Source: an uncultured virus (IMG/VR IMGVR_UViG_3300028832_000142)
Lineage: Duplodnaviria > Heunggongvirae > Uroviricota > Caudoviricetes
IMG/VR virus record: IMGVR_UViG_3300028832_000142
DNA: 64,000 nt
Reading direction: 5' to 3' (one strand)
The notes beneath the pieces were generated by a model. It saw nothing but the letters and a program-made list of their open reading frames with translations, searched no databases and was not told where the DNA came from. Both the position numbers and the translations under genes were made by a program. Positions 10,311 to 19,925 of the stretch are shown here, piece after piece. The number at the start of each line of letters is the position of its first letter. The stretch's first letter is position 1.

Positions 10311-10712
10311 ATCTACTATTTCGTACACACAATGATCGTCCGTAACCCTTCTATCCAATTCTAAATTACTAATGAACATCTTCATAAGCTTACTAACTTT
10401 CCAATTTAACACATCTCTACATAATCTATTCGAAAAACCGACCAAAACCTCCAAAACAGAGGGTGTAGACGGAAAAATATATTCATCGTATTCATCAATT
10501 TCGTCAGGCATATAACCCAACTCATCACTCAAATAATACTTTCGTATCTCAATACCATTATACATGGTGTTTTCGTCCATCCTATTAAACCAAATATAAT
10601 CTATATTATGTAAAATCTTTGCCAATTCACGATATTTATCAGCCCCATCAAAACCCAAATTAAATAAGAATTCAAAATATTCTCTTTTTGTGTACCTACG
10701 TTTTCCACTCAT
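10215..10712 (-). CDS. Phage hypothetical protein
   Basis: 165-aa ORF with RBS, co-oriented. Confidence 0.7.
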   Translation of the reverse strand: MSGKRRYTKREYFEFLFNLGFDGADKYRELAKILHNIDYIWFNRMDENTMYNGIEIRKYYLSDELGYMPDEIDEYDEYIFPSTPSVLEVLVGFSNRLCRDVLNWKVSKLMKMFISNLELDRRVTDDHCVYEIVDMWMYGELSLFGDVSTTSTDLWSQAAIWMQNL

Positions 10713-10742
10713 ATAACATTACCTTTACTCCTCTCTAAAAAT

Positions 10743-10768
10743 TATAAGGGAGACAACGCTCCCTTATA
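10743..10768 (-). terminator. Intrinsic terminator
   Basis: TATAAGGGAG/CTCCCTTATA stem followed by a T tract on the minus strand. Confidence 0.6.
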
Positions 10769-11007
10769 AAGCTATTCCAGAAACATTTTACGATATCTCT
10801 GGTATTTTTCGTTTTCTTCTTTCTCTTTCTTTTCGTCTCTTTTCACTTCAAGCCACTGCTCAAAGTGATTTAATCCAGTTAATATAATTCCTCCGACTAT
10901 TATCGGAAGAACAAATAAAATAAATCCTATTACCCAATCATCCATTTTGGGTTCTCCTTTCTTTTTATTGATACGACTTTATGTCGCTCACTATAAGGAG
11001 TGAAATA

Positions 11008-11181
11008 TCAATCTTTTTTATCTTTATCAATAGACACCAGCATGCCAAGTATCTTATCTGCTGCCGTATTCATTCCGTCAATATAACCCTGACGATATCC
11101 TGCTCTAAAATCATCAGATTTAGTATTTATATCTTTTGGTTCCTGCCACTCATATCTACCAGATTTTTTCTCATCGCCCAT
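11008..11181 (-). CDS. 57-aa small protein starting MGDEKKSGRYEW (not in ORF track)
   Basis: Translated by hand; AGGAGG RBS 10 nt upstream; stop abuts the promoter element at 10988-11007. Confidence 0.65.
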   Translation of the reverse strand: MGDEKKSGRYEWQEPKDINTKSDDFRAGYRQGYIDGMNTAADKILGMLVSIDKDKKD

Positions 11182-11378
11182 TATTCAAGATCCTCCTTCA
11201 TAGTTTTTAATATTTTTATTAATAAGAAAACAAACATCAATATTACACCAGGTATAATTACGTCCCCAACAATAAGCCACGGCAATAACTGCCCAACAAA
11301 AGTACCATTATCGGAAACAGAAACATCGCTGCTATTAGCAAGAATATAATACATACCCATACCTCCGTTTCGTCAGAT

Positions 11379-11753
11379 TCACTCATCTTTTTCCTCCTGA
11401 TCAATATTAGCTTTAGCTCTCATACCACGTATGTAGCCATGCTCGACATTAGCATTAATCTCTCCTCCACAGGCAGCATAGCCTGCCAGATCAACGAATG
11501 AATCGCCTGTACCGCCACCATTCTTTATTCTTGCTATTTTCATAAGTCCCATCATCATGGCTACATCTGTAGGAGATATTTCAGGTATAGTGTCTCTGCT
11601 TTCATTTATGTCTGAATGACGATACGGTAAACCCAAATATGAATTCCACAAATCTGCAATCAGCTGGAAATTGCTTTCCGGTGTGCCATAATCCTGTTCA
11701 CGCTGACCACATACACATTTCTTTGCGGCGTCTAGAATCTCTGATCTAGTCAT
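11379..11753 (-). CDS. DUF6378-like phage protein
   Basis: R.QDYG.PE.NF..IA.LW and K.AR...DSFVDLAGYAACG pattern. Confidence 0.75.
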   Translation of the reverse strand: MTRSEILDAAKKCVCGQREQDYGTPESNFQLIADLWNSYLGLPYRHSDINESRDTIPEISPTDVAMMMGLMKIARIKNGGGTGDSFVDLAGYAACGGEINANVEHGYIRGMRAKANIDQEEKDE

Positions 11754-12022
11754 TTTATTTCCTCCCGGCTACTCTCCAATTCCTGCAAGTGCTTGTCTAT
11801 AATCTCCAAAAACATCTTATAAGCATCATAATTTGGCATATAAAAGGCAGGTTTGCTGAATAGATCATTTATTTCCTGCTTTATCTCACCCCACGCTTCA
11901 AGGCTTGTGATTGCCATTTTCACAGCCTCTTTTATCTCTGGCATATCCTCTACGCCCATAGCAACAACAGGCATCCATTTATTTACTGCATCATTTATTG
12001 TCATTGTCCTGTACCTCCCCAA
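11750..12022 (-). CDS. Hypothetical protein
   Basis: ORF in a translationally coupled series; exact start uncertain. Confidence 0.55.
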   Translation of the reverse strand: MGRYRTMTINDAVNKWMPVVAMGVEDMPEIKEAVKMAITSLEAWGEIKQEINDLFSKPAFYMPNYDAYKMFLEIIDKHLQELESSREEIK

Positions 12023-12123
12023 TCTCCACGCACTCGCCTATATCATTCTGCAAGTAAATCTTGCCATCCTTGACGTAGGCTTTTAGCTGACCATCTTTTA
12101 TTGCCTGTTTAATCTGTACTATG

Positions 12124-12324
12124 TCAATCATGTTGTGTTCCTCCTTTGACATATAATCTTTTTCTAAATATTTTTCGTGTCTGATAGTCCATATTAACGA
12201 GCATACTTTTGCGAATAGATGTTAATCTTTCAAGTTCTTCAATATCATTTTCTATCTTTTCGCTATTTGTATTAAATATATTTGCAATTTCATCAATAAG
12301 AGCTTTCCTTCTGTCTTTATCCAT
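12124..12324 (-). CDS. Hypothetical protein
   Basis: ORF preceded by the GAGGTACACAGC-ATG start module. Confidence 0.6.
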   Translation of the reverse strand: MDKDRRKALIDEIANIFNTNSEKIENDIEELERLTSIRKSMLVNMDYQTRKIFRKRLYVKGGTQHD

Positions 12325-12374
12325 GCTGTGTACCTCTTAACTCGGGTTTAATTCGGGTCATGCTGTGTACCCTC

Positions 12375-12542
12375 CTAAATAACGTGTTTATGCTTTGGGT
12401 TATAATCACTGTTTATTTGGTCTGCTAATTCCTTTGTGGCTTCTTTATCTACTCCGTTTTCATTAAGAACTGCAACTGACCACGTTTCATATCCAATAAC
12501 AGGAATATCTATTGCTACAACACCACGGTCAATATCATACAT
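12375..12542 (-). CDS. 55-aa hypothetical protein (MYDIDRGVVAID...)
   Basis: Translated by hand; GGAGGT RBS. Confidence 0.55.
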   Translation of the reverse strand: MYDIDRGVVAIDIPVIGYETWSVAVLNENGVDKEATKELADQINSDYNPKHKHVI

Positions 12543-12686
12543 ACTATGTACCTCCTAAACTTTAACTCATTTTTAATTCGGTTTTAATTCCGTTAAATTC
12601 AGTAAACGAATTAAACTTTTCAGCGTTAAAAAGTTAAACTCATTTTCCTTTGACTAAATTGTTGACTAATCATTGACTATCGTTGA

Positions 12687-12956
12687 CTAAAATCTCACAT
12701 CATCATTCATAGCTTCCCATTCTTCCTCGGTCATTTCTCCATCAATAGTTTCTGTTTCATATTCCCATGTAAAAGACGCATACATTACAAACCGCTTTCC
12801 ACAATGGTCACAAGTAAATTCCTGTGAACCTTCTTTGTAACACTCAACAGGTTCACCGCCTATATAAGTTTCTTCATAACTCGGTTCATATTCCTTACCA
12901 CAATACGGACATATTATGTTTTGACTTATTTCTGAATTGCTATAACTTTCACTCAT
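12687..12956 (-). CDS. Zinc-ribbon protein
   Basis: CPYC...CDHC pairs; GGAGGT RBS. Confidence 0.7.
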   Translation of the reverse strand: MSESYSNSEISQNIICPYCGKEYEPSYEETYIGGEPVECYKEGSQEFTCDHCGKRFVMYASFTWEYETETIDGEMTEEEWEAMNDDVRF

Positions 12957-13129
12957 TGTGTACCTCCCTCTGTGTATGGTTCTGGTAAAGGCATCCATGC
13001 AATTACTCCATCCCAATCTTCAATATAACCAAGCCATATACCAAATCTTACACATTTCTGTTTTGTTGTGACTAAATATCTGCCTTTTTCTTCTGGATAA
13101 TGGTCACTAACAGGAATCCACTCACTCAT
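12953..13129 (-). CDS. DUF551-like small phage protein
   Basis: EWIPVS..YP and VIAWMPLPEPY signature. Confidence 0.8.
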   Translation of the reverse strand: MSEWIPVSDHYPEEKGRYLVTTKQKCVRFGIWLGYIEDWDGVIAWMPLPEPYTEGGTQ

Positions 13130-13319
13130 TCTGCTCACCATCCTCTCTTTTGCTCATGCTGTCGGCTATGATTGCAAGGCTTTTGGATATATCTGCCAAC
13201 AGAGTTGCTATTGTTCCCAAGCTCCATACCGTCATTTCTTCAAAAGTACCATTGGGCTTGTTCATTTTTTCATCATTTAAAAATGCCATTATGTCCATAT
13301 TTTCTTCAACTCTGCTCAT
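13122..13319 (-). CDS. Hypothetical protein
   Basis: Overlapping coupled ORF with RBS. Confidence 0.6.
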   Translation of the reverse strand: MSRVEENMDIMAFLNDEKMNKPNGTFEEMTVWSLGTIATLLADISKSLAIIADSMSKREDGEQNE

Positions 13320-13879
13320 TCCTGCTCACCTCCATTGTATGGTGCGTTCCACCATTTTTTCTGAAACAATGTATAAGCAAAATCTTGGTCAAGATTAGTT
13401 TCTATAACTTCTAAATGGGGAGTTTCTTCAGCTTCAACATACGGAAACAATGCCTTTATCACCTCACCATTTGTCATGCCCTCAAAGCTCTGCTTCTGTG
13501 TAACAGGCGGTAATAAATCTATAATATTACATAAATCTGAATACAACCCAGAGTCCTGTTCGGGAATATCTAACATAAGTTCGTTCTTTAGTTCATCACG
13601 ACTTATACAATATTCACATTCCTCAAGTTTTGGTGTAACAGGCGGTAACGCTTTTAATGTTCTTTCAATTCTTTCTGCCATTTCATCCCGTGATTCATTC
13701 CATTTTCCCCAGATACTCAAAATTGCTTCTTCACGTTCTATACAGTCCTCTGCTTCTGTAAAAGGAGTGGCATCTGCTACCATCTTCCACATATCATAAG
13801 CATGTTCTAATACAAACTCAGAACTTCCTTTACCCAAATCCTTAATCCAATCCTCTGGCATTTCAACTATCATCTTCAT
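13316..13879 (-). CDS. Hypothetical protein with duplicated I(S/E)R...LPPVT module
   Basis: Two CI(E/S)R(E/D)E...LPPVT repeats; MTNGEVIKALFP...WWNAPY C-terminus. Confidence 0.65.
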   Translation of the reverse strand: MKMIVEMPEDWIKDLGKGSSEFVLEHAYDMWKMVADATPFTEAEDCIEREEAILSIWGKWNESRDEMAERIERTLKALPPVTPKLEECEYCISRDELKNELMLDIPEQDSGLYSDLCNIIDLLPPVTQKQSFEGMTNGEVIKALFPYVEAEETPHLEVIETNLDQDFAYTLFQKKWWNAPYNGGEQE

Positions 13880-14207
13880 TCTGCTTGCCCTCCCAATCCT
13901 TTTCAATCTTAATAGTTCCACGGATAGCCCCTATTCTTGCTAACTTATCAGCGAATCTTTCATGTTCTTCTCGATTTGTAAAATGAATAGTTAAATCATA
14001 TGTATCATCGTATGTTTCTTCGCTTATCTTTTCTATATCCTTCCCTCTAATGACCATCAGGCTTTCAAGATAATCACGTATGTCAGCGTAACTGATTGCC
14101 ACTGGTTCTCCTTTATCATTGCGAGTTATGAAATGTTCATAACCATCATGTATCATTCCATCTACCGCAGATACCGCACCCATCAAAAACGCTATTTCCT
14201 TTTTCAT
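13863..14207 (-). CDS. Hypothetical protein
   Basis: AAGGAGG RBS, 114 aa. Confidence 0.65.
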   Translation of the reverse strand: MKKEIAFLMGAVSAVDGMIHDGYEHFITRNDKGEPVAISYADIRDYLESLMVIRGKDIEKISEETYDDTYDLTIHFTNREEHERFADKLARIGAIRGTIKIEKDWEGKQNEDDS

Positions 14208-14326
14208 AGTGGCCTCCTTTCAAATATAAAAAGCGTCCGTACCCTGCCTACTGAACGCCTGTGCCGCACCCGTCATTACTAAGCGCGCCCTCGTAGTACT
14301 CAACCTTACGGCACTCCAAATATCAT

Positions 14327-14521
14327 TTATACAACGTTCTTCAAAACATAACGCCAATTGTGACTAAACCATGACTCACGTTTCTTACCCTGCTTATTGG
14401 TTCCTTTGCAGATATGTACCATACCGGATTTCTTACATTTAACTTTTGCTACAGCTCTTGCGAGTTCCCGGTTTTTTCCGATGTAACTTACCGCTACTTG
14501 CTTTTTCTTCTTTCTTTTCAA
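14327..14521 (-). CDS. Small basic hypothetical protein
   Basis: Lys/Arg-rich ORF with RBS. Confidence 0.5.
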   Translation of the reverse strand: MKRKKKKQVAVSYIGKNRELARAVAKVKCKKSGMVHICKGTNKQGKKRESWFSHNWRYVLKNVV

Positions 14522-15410
14522 CTTTCTTTTCCTCCTTTAAAAAGTTATTTATATATTTATCCATACCGGGTTTATCCCCGATTATTTTCTTAAACACACA
14601 GTACATGATCGCCTTTTCTTTATCGTCCGGCTCACCTTCAGCTTTCTTAACAACTGTCTTAGTATTATCTTCCCACATAACTATTGTAGCCGGACCATTA
14701 AATATAACCTTTTTAGGTTTAGGCAGATTAGTTGCATCAAGAAAAGCCATCAATACAGATTCACTAAAATTCTTAATCTGCAAACTATCTTTAGCTCTTC
14801 TTAAAAGAGGCTCAAATTTATATATCTCTGCGCCAGTCATTTCAAATTCAAGCCTACATCTTGCAGTGCCTCCACAATTATTATACTCAGTTTCAAAACT
14901 TAAAAAATTCATTGTTTTATCCTCCTTTAAAAAATATTTAAACTCATCATCAAAAATAATAGCTTGAGCTATCAGTGATCTGATAGACATAGGATTATTA
15001 TCTATATATGTACCAAAATCTTTTATAGGTTCTATATTGACTGTAGGACAAGGAGTAGCATATTTCAAAGAATCAGTACTTATTTGTGATAAACGAACTT
15101 TGGGTAAATTTAATTTTGGTGAATAAAATCTATTATAAAACGTATCCGGACAGATTACCGAGCCGTTCAGAAATGATTTATAAAGTTCGTCGATAGTTAC
15201 CCAAACATCATGGTCATCAAAATCTTTTAGCAAAACCTGTGTTATCCGATCACAAGGAACAATACAATCATCAGATTTAAAAGCAGTTTTAACCACATAA
15301 GCGTTTTCAGCTACCTGTGTTGGCATTTTATATCTTATTTCGCCTTCGATGATAGCTGTTTTACCAATATTCCAAAACGCTATTTTTAATCCTCTACCAA
15401 ATATCAACAT
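14439..15410 (-). CDS. Phage hypothetical protein with C-terminal VIFNGPATIV.W.D.TKTVVK domain
   Basis: 323-aa ORF; possible second internal start at MNFLSF (GGAGG RBS). Confidence 0.7.
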   Translation of the reverse strand: MLIFGRGLKIAFWNIGKTAIIEGEIRYKMPTQVAENAYVVKTAFKSDDCIVPCDRITQVLLKDFDDHDVWVTIDELYKSFLNGSVICPDTFYNRFYSPKLNLPKVRLSQISTDSLKYATPCPTVNIEPIKDFGTYIDNNPMSIRSLIAQAIIFDDEFKYFLKEDKTMNFLSFETEYNNCGGTARCRLEFEMTGAEIYKFEPLLRRAKDSLQIKNFSESVLMAFLDATNLPKPKKVIFNGPATIVMWEDNTKTVVKKAEGEPDDKEKAIMYCVFKKIIGDKPGMDKYINNFLKEEKKVEKKEEKASSGKLHRKKPGTRKSCSKS

Positions 15411-15658
15411 GACTTATCCTCCTGACACGAACAATATAATTCCTTTGCTACTATTGCCGGAACACTAGGATCATTCGTAACCGCTACACCACTCTTTTGC
15501 AGCTGCTCATAATATAATCCAACCTGATACACCGTTTCATTTTCCCAAATATCAGGGTCCTGGTTATAATCATGACAATCTGCTAACAACTTATCAACAT
15601 AGATTTTAAAATTTATGTTTTCTTTATATAAACGCTTTGTGAATTTAGATTTATCCAT
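15404..15658 (-). CDS. Hypothetical protein
   Basis: Coupled ORF. Confidence 0.6.
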   Translation of the reverse strand: MDKSKFTKRLYKENINFKIYVDKLLADCHDYNQDPDIWENETVYQVGLYYEQLQKSGVAVTNDPSVPAIVAKELYCSCQEDKSC

Positions 15659-15905
15659 CTTTTCTCACCAACCTTTCTCCACACATAGGGCAATATTTGA
15701 TTGGGATGTTCTTTATTATTGCGTCCTCGTCTTCATCAGTGCATCCATAGATTTCCATTTCAGCTTTGTCGTTTATAAAAACAGTTAAACTTATAGAAAG
15801 TATATGTTTGCCATTACATTCAATTACTATATCATCTTCTCCTAAATATAGATCATCACCAACACCAAATTCATTATCCCAAAAATCTTCACAATAATTA
15901 CACAT
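15651..15905 (-). CDS. Small Cys-rich (zinc-binding) protein
   Basis: MCNYC...YCPMCG. Confidence 0.7.
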   Translation of the reverse strand: MCNYCEDFWDNEFGVGDDLYLGEDDIVIECNGKHILSISLTVFINDKAEMEIYGCTDEDEDAIIKNIPIKYCPMCGERLVRKDG

Positions 15906-15923
15906 AGACTCACCTCCTAAAAA

Positions 15924-15991
15924 TATAAAAGCCGGGCGTCTATAGCATGTTGTAAAGAGGTATGTAATAACACGCTATAGAGTTTCCCGGC
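15924..15991 (-). terminator. Long-stem terminator hairpin
   Basis: GCCGGG..TCTATAGCGTGTT / AACATGCTATAGA..CCCGGC followed by TTTTAT. Confidence 0.6.
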
Positions 15992-16038
15992 ATCGAATAT
16001 AAGTAAGACTGATTAAGTGAAAGGATTGGTAAAAAGCC

Positions 16039-16680
16039 TTAATCAGCCATGTCTCCTAAAGGTTCCTCACCTTCAATTGCATGGGCGTAGCTATCAGCAT
16101 AAATAAGGATCTGATAATCTGTTTGCTCGACTTCGTTACGAATATAAATCTCGTCCTTATCCTCTTTATTGAGTCTATCCTCAATATTTCCCACATGCTG
16201 CTGCCAATCGATGACAAACTCATAATTAGCGTCTGTCATCTGACTATCGCCCTTGTAATACATTAATGTCTCGCTGTCATAAAATTCCCTTGTTCCATAA
16301 GCATGGTCAGGAATCTCATAAGGTTCCGGATTCGGCTCTACTGGATAACTATCAGATTCCTCTTCTTCCGGCTCCTCATCATCTTCAATAGGATTGACAA
16401 TTGATGCTTGTCGATCTTCCTCCTCGAAATTATTATCATATTCACCGTCCTCATCAACATCCCAGACATTTATACCAAGATCTCTAAGACCCTGAATATA
16501 AAAATGCCGCATTTCATCTACGTCTGTAGTCACGATGTGATCACTATAAACCCCATCGGGTTTCTCAGAAAGCTCTTTTTCCTTCTTCTTTTTCTGATGA
16601 TCGTAGCATAATACTGTTACGACCGTACCAGTTACGACACCTGCTAAGAATCCAGCTCCAAATATCAATATTTTTTTCAT
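16039..16680 (-). CDS. Acidic protein with N-terminal membrane anchor
   Basis: Hydrophobic residues 4-25; PYEI...Y.GD...D and IYIRNE motifs. Confidence 0.7.
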   Translation of the reverse strand: MKKILIFGAGFLAGVVTGTVVTVLCYDHQKKKKEKELSEKPDGVYSDHIVTTDVDEMRHFYIQGLRDLGINVWDVDEDGEYDNNFEEEDRQASIVNPIEDDEEPEEEESDSYPVEPNPEPYEIPDHAYGTREFYDSETLMYYKGDSQMTDANYEFVIDWQQHVGNIEDRLNKEDKDEIYIRNEVEQTDYQILIYADSYAHAIEGEEPLGDMAD

Positions 16681-16702
16681 TGTTTAATCCTCCTTTTATG
16701 GA

Positions 16703-16930
16703 TTAGTCTTCTATAACTGAAATGTCAGTTGCAAAATCGCCTTTTTCATTATGGTCAGGACAAAATGTTACCTTCTGTCCATCTTTTAATCTCTTGAACT
16801 TCTTATCAGAGTTCACCTGAGAGTAGTGGGCCCAATAGTCCTTGGACCCACATGTAATATAACCATACCCTCTCTGAAGACTCCACCACTTAACTTCTCC
16901 GAATAACCTTATCTTATCAGACTCATTCAT
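16703..16930 (-). CDS. Cold-shock domain (CspA-family) RNA-binding protein
   Basis: GEVKWW...RGYGYI (RNP1), DYWAHYS (RNP2), FKRLKDGQKVTF. Confidence 0.88.
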   Translation of the reverse strand: MNESDKIRLFGEVKWWSLQRGYGYITCGSKDYWAHYSQVNSDKKFKRLKDGQKVTFCPDHNEKGDFATDISVIED

Positions 16931-16953
16931 ATTATTTATCCTCCGATTTAATC

Positions 16954-17967
16954 TTAGATCTCAGCTGTTTCTCTCACCTGAGAAATATATCTTCCACCGA
17001 CTCTTTTCTTTGTATCTAACTGGAGAATACCGGTAGGATATAATGTTTTATTAGCATCCAGATCGATAAGCTCACAGTTAGGATCGATTGCTATATACTG
17101 CTTTCTTTCTCCTGTTTCAGGATCAGTACCATTGAAGGTATAATAATTCAGAAGCAGAGTTCCGTCCGTAGCCTCTACATTCTTCAGATCCTTACTATAC
17201 CAACCAGTAACCTGACCAAGATCACTTAACCATCTTGTATCATCACCTGCCACATTACGCACTACATCAGAGTTATAGAACAGAGGAACACCCTGATTGT
17301 ATTTCGTCTGCAACCAGCTTTCAAGAGTTACAAGCTCTGATCTCATCTTAATGAGACTACCACCGCAGCTCTTATACAAAGAAGTCTCTTCATCGAAGAC
17401 TATTGCAAAAGGGCTGGACTTACGAACATCTTCCCAGCGCTCTGTACAAATATCTTCTTTTTCTTTGATCTTCTTTTTCTTACCTTTTTCGTCGACAATT
17501 TCTTTCTCGACTTCCTCCTGCTCAATGCCATACTTAGCATATTTGAGACCATCCTGACCCCATTTCTTTTCAACACGATCAAGAACTGCGTCATATGCCT
17601 TAGCCATTGTGCCATATGCTGCACTCATTGCTAAATATGCCTGTCTCTGAAGACCGTATGCCCGACAAATAGCATAAGCTGCCATACCAGCCATAACAAC
17701 CGGACCAGTGTAGTTAAGGACGATCTTACCAACCATCTTTGCTCTAACCACACCAATTTCCTTCTTTACCTCAGGTAACTCGAGCTCTTCTTCTGAATGA
17801 TTCTCTACGATATCATCTATCTTCTCATTTGCTTCGTCGACTATATCTTCGACTTTAAGCGTCTGTACACAACCCCAAACAGCTGCGCCTACAAATAACC
17901 CTATACCTGCTCCAATAAGAAGCTTAGGATTATTTATTGCTGCAAGGGCTATCTCTTTAATAGCCAT
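16954..17967 (-). CDS. DUF6353-like membrane-associated phage protein
   Basis: N-terminal P.LL.GAG hydrophobic helix, second TM segment, AAY..., GW motif; paralog of 24112-24933. Confidence 0.6.
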   Translation of the reverse strand: MAIKEIALAAINNPKLLIGAGIGLFVGAAVWGCVQTLKVEDIVDEANEKIDDIVENHSEEELELPEVKKEIGVVRAKMVGKIVLNYTGPVVMAGMAAYAICRAYGLQRQAYLAMSAAYGTMAKAYDAVLDRVEKKWGQDGLKYAKYGIEQEEVEKEIVDEKGKKKKIKEKEDICTERWEDVRKSSPFAIVFDEETSLYKSCGGSLIKMRSELVTLESWLQTKYNQGVPLFYNSDVVRNVAGDDTRWLSDLGQVTGWYSKDLKNVEATDGTLLLNYYTFNGTDPETGERKQYIAIDPNCELIDLDANKTLYPTGILQLDTKKRVGGRYISQVRETAEI

Positions 17968-18164
17968 TATTTTTCTCCTTTCTTTTTATAATTAATTGAC
18001 TGAAATGACCAACAATCCTCGGTCACATATCTGAAGAAATATCTTCTTCCCCACTCATCTTCCATAGTTATAGCATTGGGATCTTCTTTAACCTGAAAAT
18101 ATTTATGCATTTTAAACTGTGGAAACATGGATTTGAAAACATTAAACACCATTGTTGGCGACAT
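17967..18164 (-). CDS. Hypothetical protein
   Basis: Start MSPTMV after AAGGGAG RBS. Confidence 0.55.
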   Translation of the reverse strand: MSPTMVFNVFKSMFPQFKMHKYFQVKEDPNAITMEDEWGRRYFFRYVTEDCWSFQSINYKKKGEK

Positions 18165-18450
18165 CTGCAGCTCCCTTCTTTGTGATCTTAGGAACTCTGG
18201 TCTGAAGATCGCAATTGTTATCTCCATGCAGAACGTTGAAAATTGCCTCTGTAACTTCCTTACCACATTCGTAGCAAAGATCATAAGCAGAGACTATGCT
18301 GTCCCACTGCTTATCTTTTGCATTCCACTCACCGAGACGGAATGAGTTAACTGTGAACTCCTTACCGTCTTCCTCATAAGTATACTGTCTGTTACCAGAA
18401 GTAACATCTACCAACTTACCACAACGATCACATTTTCTTACAACTGCCAT
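18142..18450 (-). CDS. Zinc-binding hypothetical protein
   Basis: CDRCG...DLCYEC. Confidence 0.7.
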   Translation of the reverse strand: MAVVRKCDRCGKLVDVTSGNRQYTYEEDGKEFTVNSFRLGEWNAKDKQWDSIVSAYDLCYECGKEVTEAIFNVLHGDNNCDLQTRVPKITKKGAADVANNGV

Positions 18451-18490
18451 TTTTAGATTCCTCCTTAAGAATATAAATTATATAGGAGAC

Positions 18491-18604
18491 TTAATCTCCT
18501 ATATTTTCTCTGTACCATGATACGTATTCTTCTTCCGTATCAAATATCTGATACTCTGAGCCTATCCAGCCCATGTATCCTGTTGATACTAAATATCCTT
18601 TCAT
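18491..18604 (-). CDS. 37-aa small protein MKGYLVSTGYMGWIGSEYQIFDTEEEY...
   Basis: Translated by hand; own promoter (18618-18638), GGAGGTG RBS and terminator at 18481-18503. Confidence 0.65.
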   Translation of the reverse strand: MKGYLVSTGYMGWIGSEYQIFDTEEEYVSWYRENIGD

Positions 18605-19082
18605 ACATATCACCTCCTTCATTATGAGCGGTGAAATTTGTACCTCAGGATTTTATACTGTGTATCCAGATCCTGTCTTTTTGTTACAATTGCCAGAATA
18701 TGTATCAGCTCCATTCCAAGCCAGCATATTCCGGTTACGACTAATAACGCGATTCCTAATAAAAACTTCTTAATATAATTCATAATAGACTCCTCCTTTG
18801 ACTTATACTAAAAATATGATAGGCCATGATTTCTCATGACCTATATTTGTCAATGCTGATTCTTTATCAAATTCGTGGGATCAGCTGCCACGTGATAGCC
18901 TTCACTATCATGAACGACTATTACGTCGTTATAAGTCTTTCCGAGCTGCTCTTTCAGCTCGAAAGCTCTGTTTACGTTCTTTACTATAAACTCTATTGTC
19001 TTGTTCATATAAATACCTCCTGTTAATGGTTTTTATTTTTATAGAGTTTCTCTGTCATTATAGGAGGTGAAAAAACTGTGGA

Positions 19083-19355
19083 TCAGTATGCACAAATATC
19101 ATAAGTGAATTCAGTAGATGGACCTATTACATTATCCAAATCGTAGTGATCTCGGTTGTAGTAATTCTGATATAATGCAAAATTACCACGATCCCAATAA
19201 ATATCACAACCAGTCCAGTCATCTTTTTTGTGATAATACTCATGCTCATCAAATATCCGTTTGAGCATAATTTTAATGGCTTCTTCTTTTGTCTTTATCT
19301 GAAACCATACATGTGTTAAACGTCCATCCCTATCTGATTCTCTGACTTCATACAT
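19083..19355 (-). CDS. Hypothetical protein
   Basis: GAGGAGG RBS. Confidence 0.6.
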   Translation of the reverse strand: MYEVRESDRDGRLTHVWFQIKTKEEAIKIMLKRIFDEHEYYHKKDDWTGCDIYWDRGNFALYQNYYNRDHYDLDNVIGPSTEFTYDICAY

Positions 19356-19358
19356 AGA

Positions 19359-19721
19359 CTAATCCTCCTCTTTTTTGCCATCTGGTGTATAATATCCATA
19401 CACTTCCCAATTATACATTACTTGCTTATAAAAAGCTGGACCGTCCGTATTCGGCATACACATAGCAAATAAACCATATTTCTCATAGAAAAACTTCTTA
19501 ACTTCTTCCATCTGATGTTTTCTACGAATCATTTTATTCCATTTATCGCTATTACCGCTACTATAATATCCATTTGCGTCTTTACACGCTTGTTCAACTA
19601 TAGCTATTGCTAATCTTGCATACGCATCATTAATACTTGCAAATGATCTATTTGCGATATATTCATGTTTTTGTGCTCTTGGTGGTTGTTTTATTTTTCC
19701 GCCTTTTAGATTGTTTAGCAT
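19359..19721 (-). CDS. Hypothetical protein
   Basis: 120-aa ORF; LAIAIVEQA..D motif. Confidence 0.6.
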   Translation of the reverse strand: MLNNLKGGKIKQPPRAQKHEYIANRSFASINDAYARLAIAIVEQACKDANGYYSSGNSDKWNKMIRRKHQMEEVKKFFYEKYGLFAMCMPNTDGPAFYKQVMYNWEVYGYYTPDGKKEED

Positions 19722-19923
19722 CCTTTCCTTCCTCCCTATAATTTTTAAGGTTTACAGCATGCACATCCTCATGCTTAATATAAGGAAGTCCGAACTTTTT
19801 TACATAGTCTTCCCAATTATGTGGGCGTTCTAAATATAAAAGTTCATTGGTCCCATTGATAAAACCAATGAGACCTTGTTCATTATAACCAATAAGAGTT
19901 AAGCGGAATACATCTTCCTCCAT
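19663..19923 (-). CDS. Hypothetical protein
   Basis: Coupled ORF with RBS. Confidence 0.55.
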   Translation of the reverse strand: MEEDVFRLTLIGYNEQGLIGFINGTNELLYLERPHNWEDYVKKFGLPYIKHEDVHAVNLKNYREEGKDAKQSKRRKNKTTTKSTKT

Positions 19924-19925
19924 AG

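Noticed and set aside
10075..10332. 85-aa minus-strand ORF
   Set aside because: Overlaps 10215-10712 and runs through iterons and homopolymers; probably spurious
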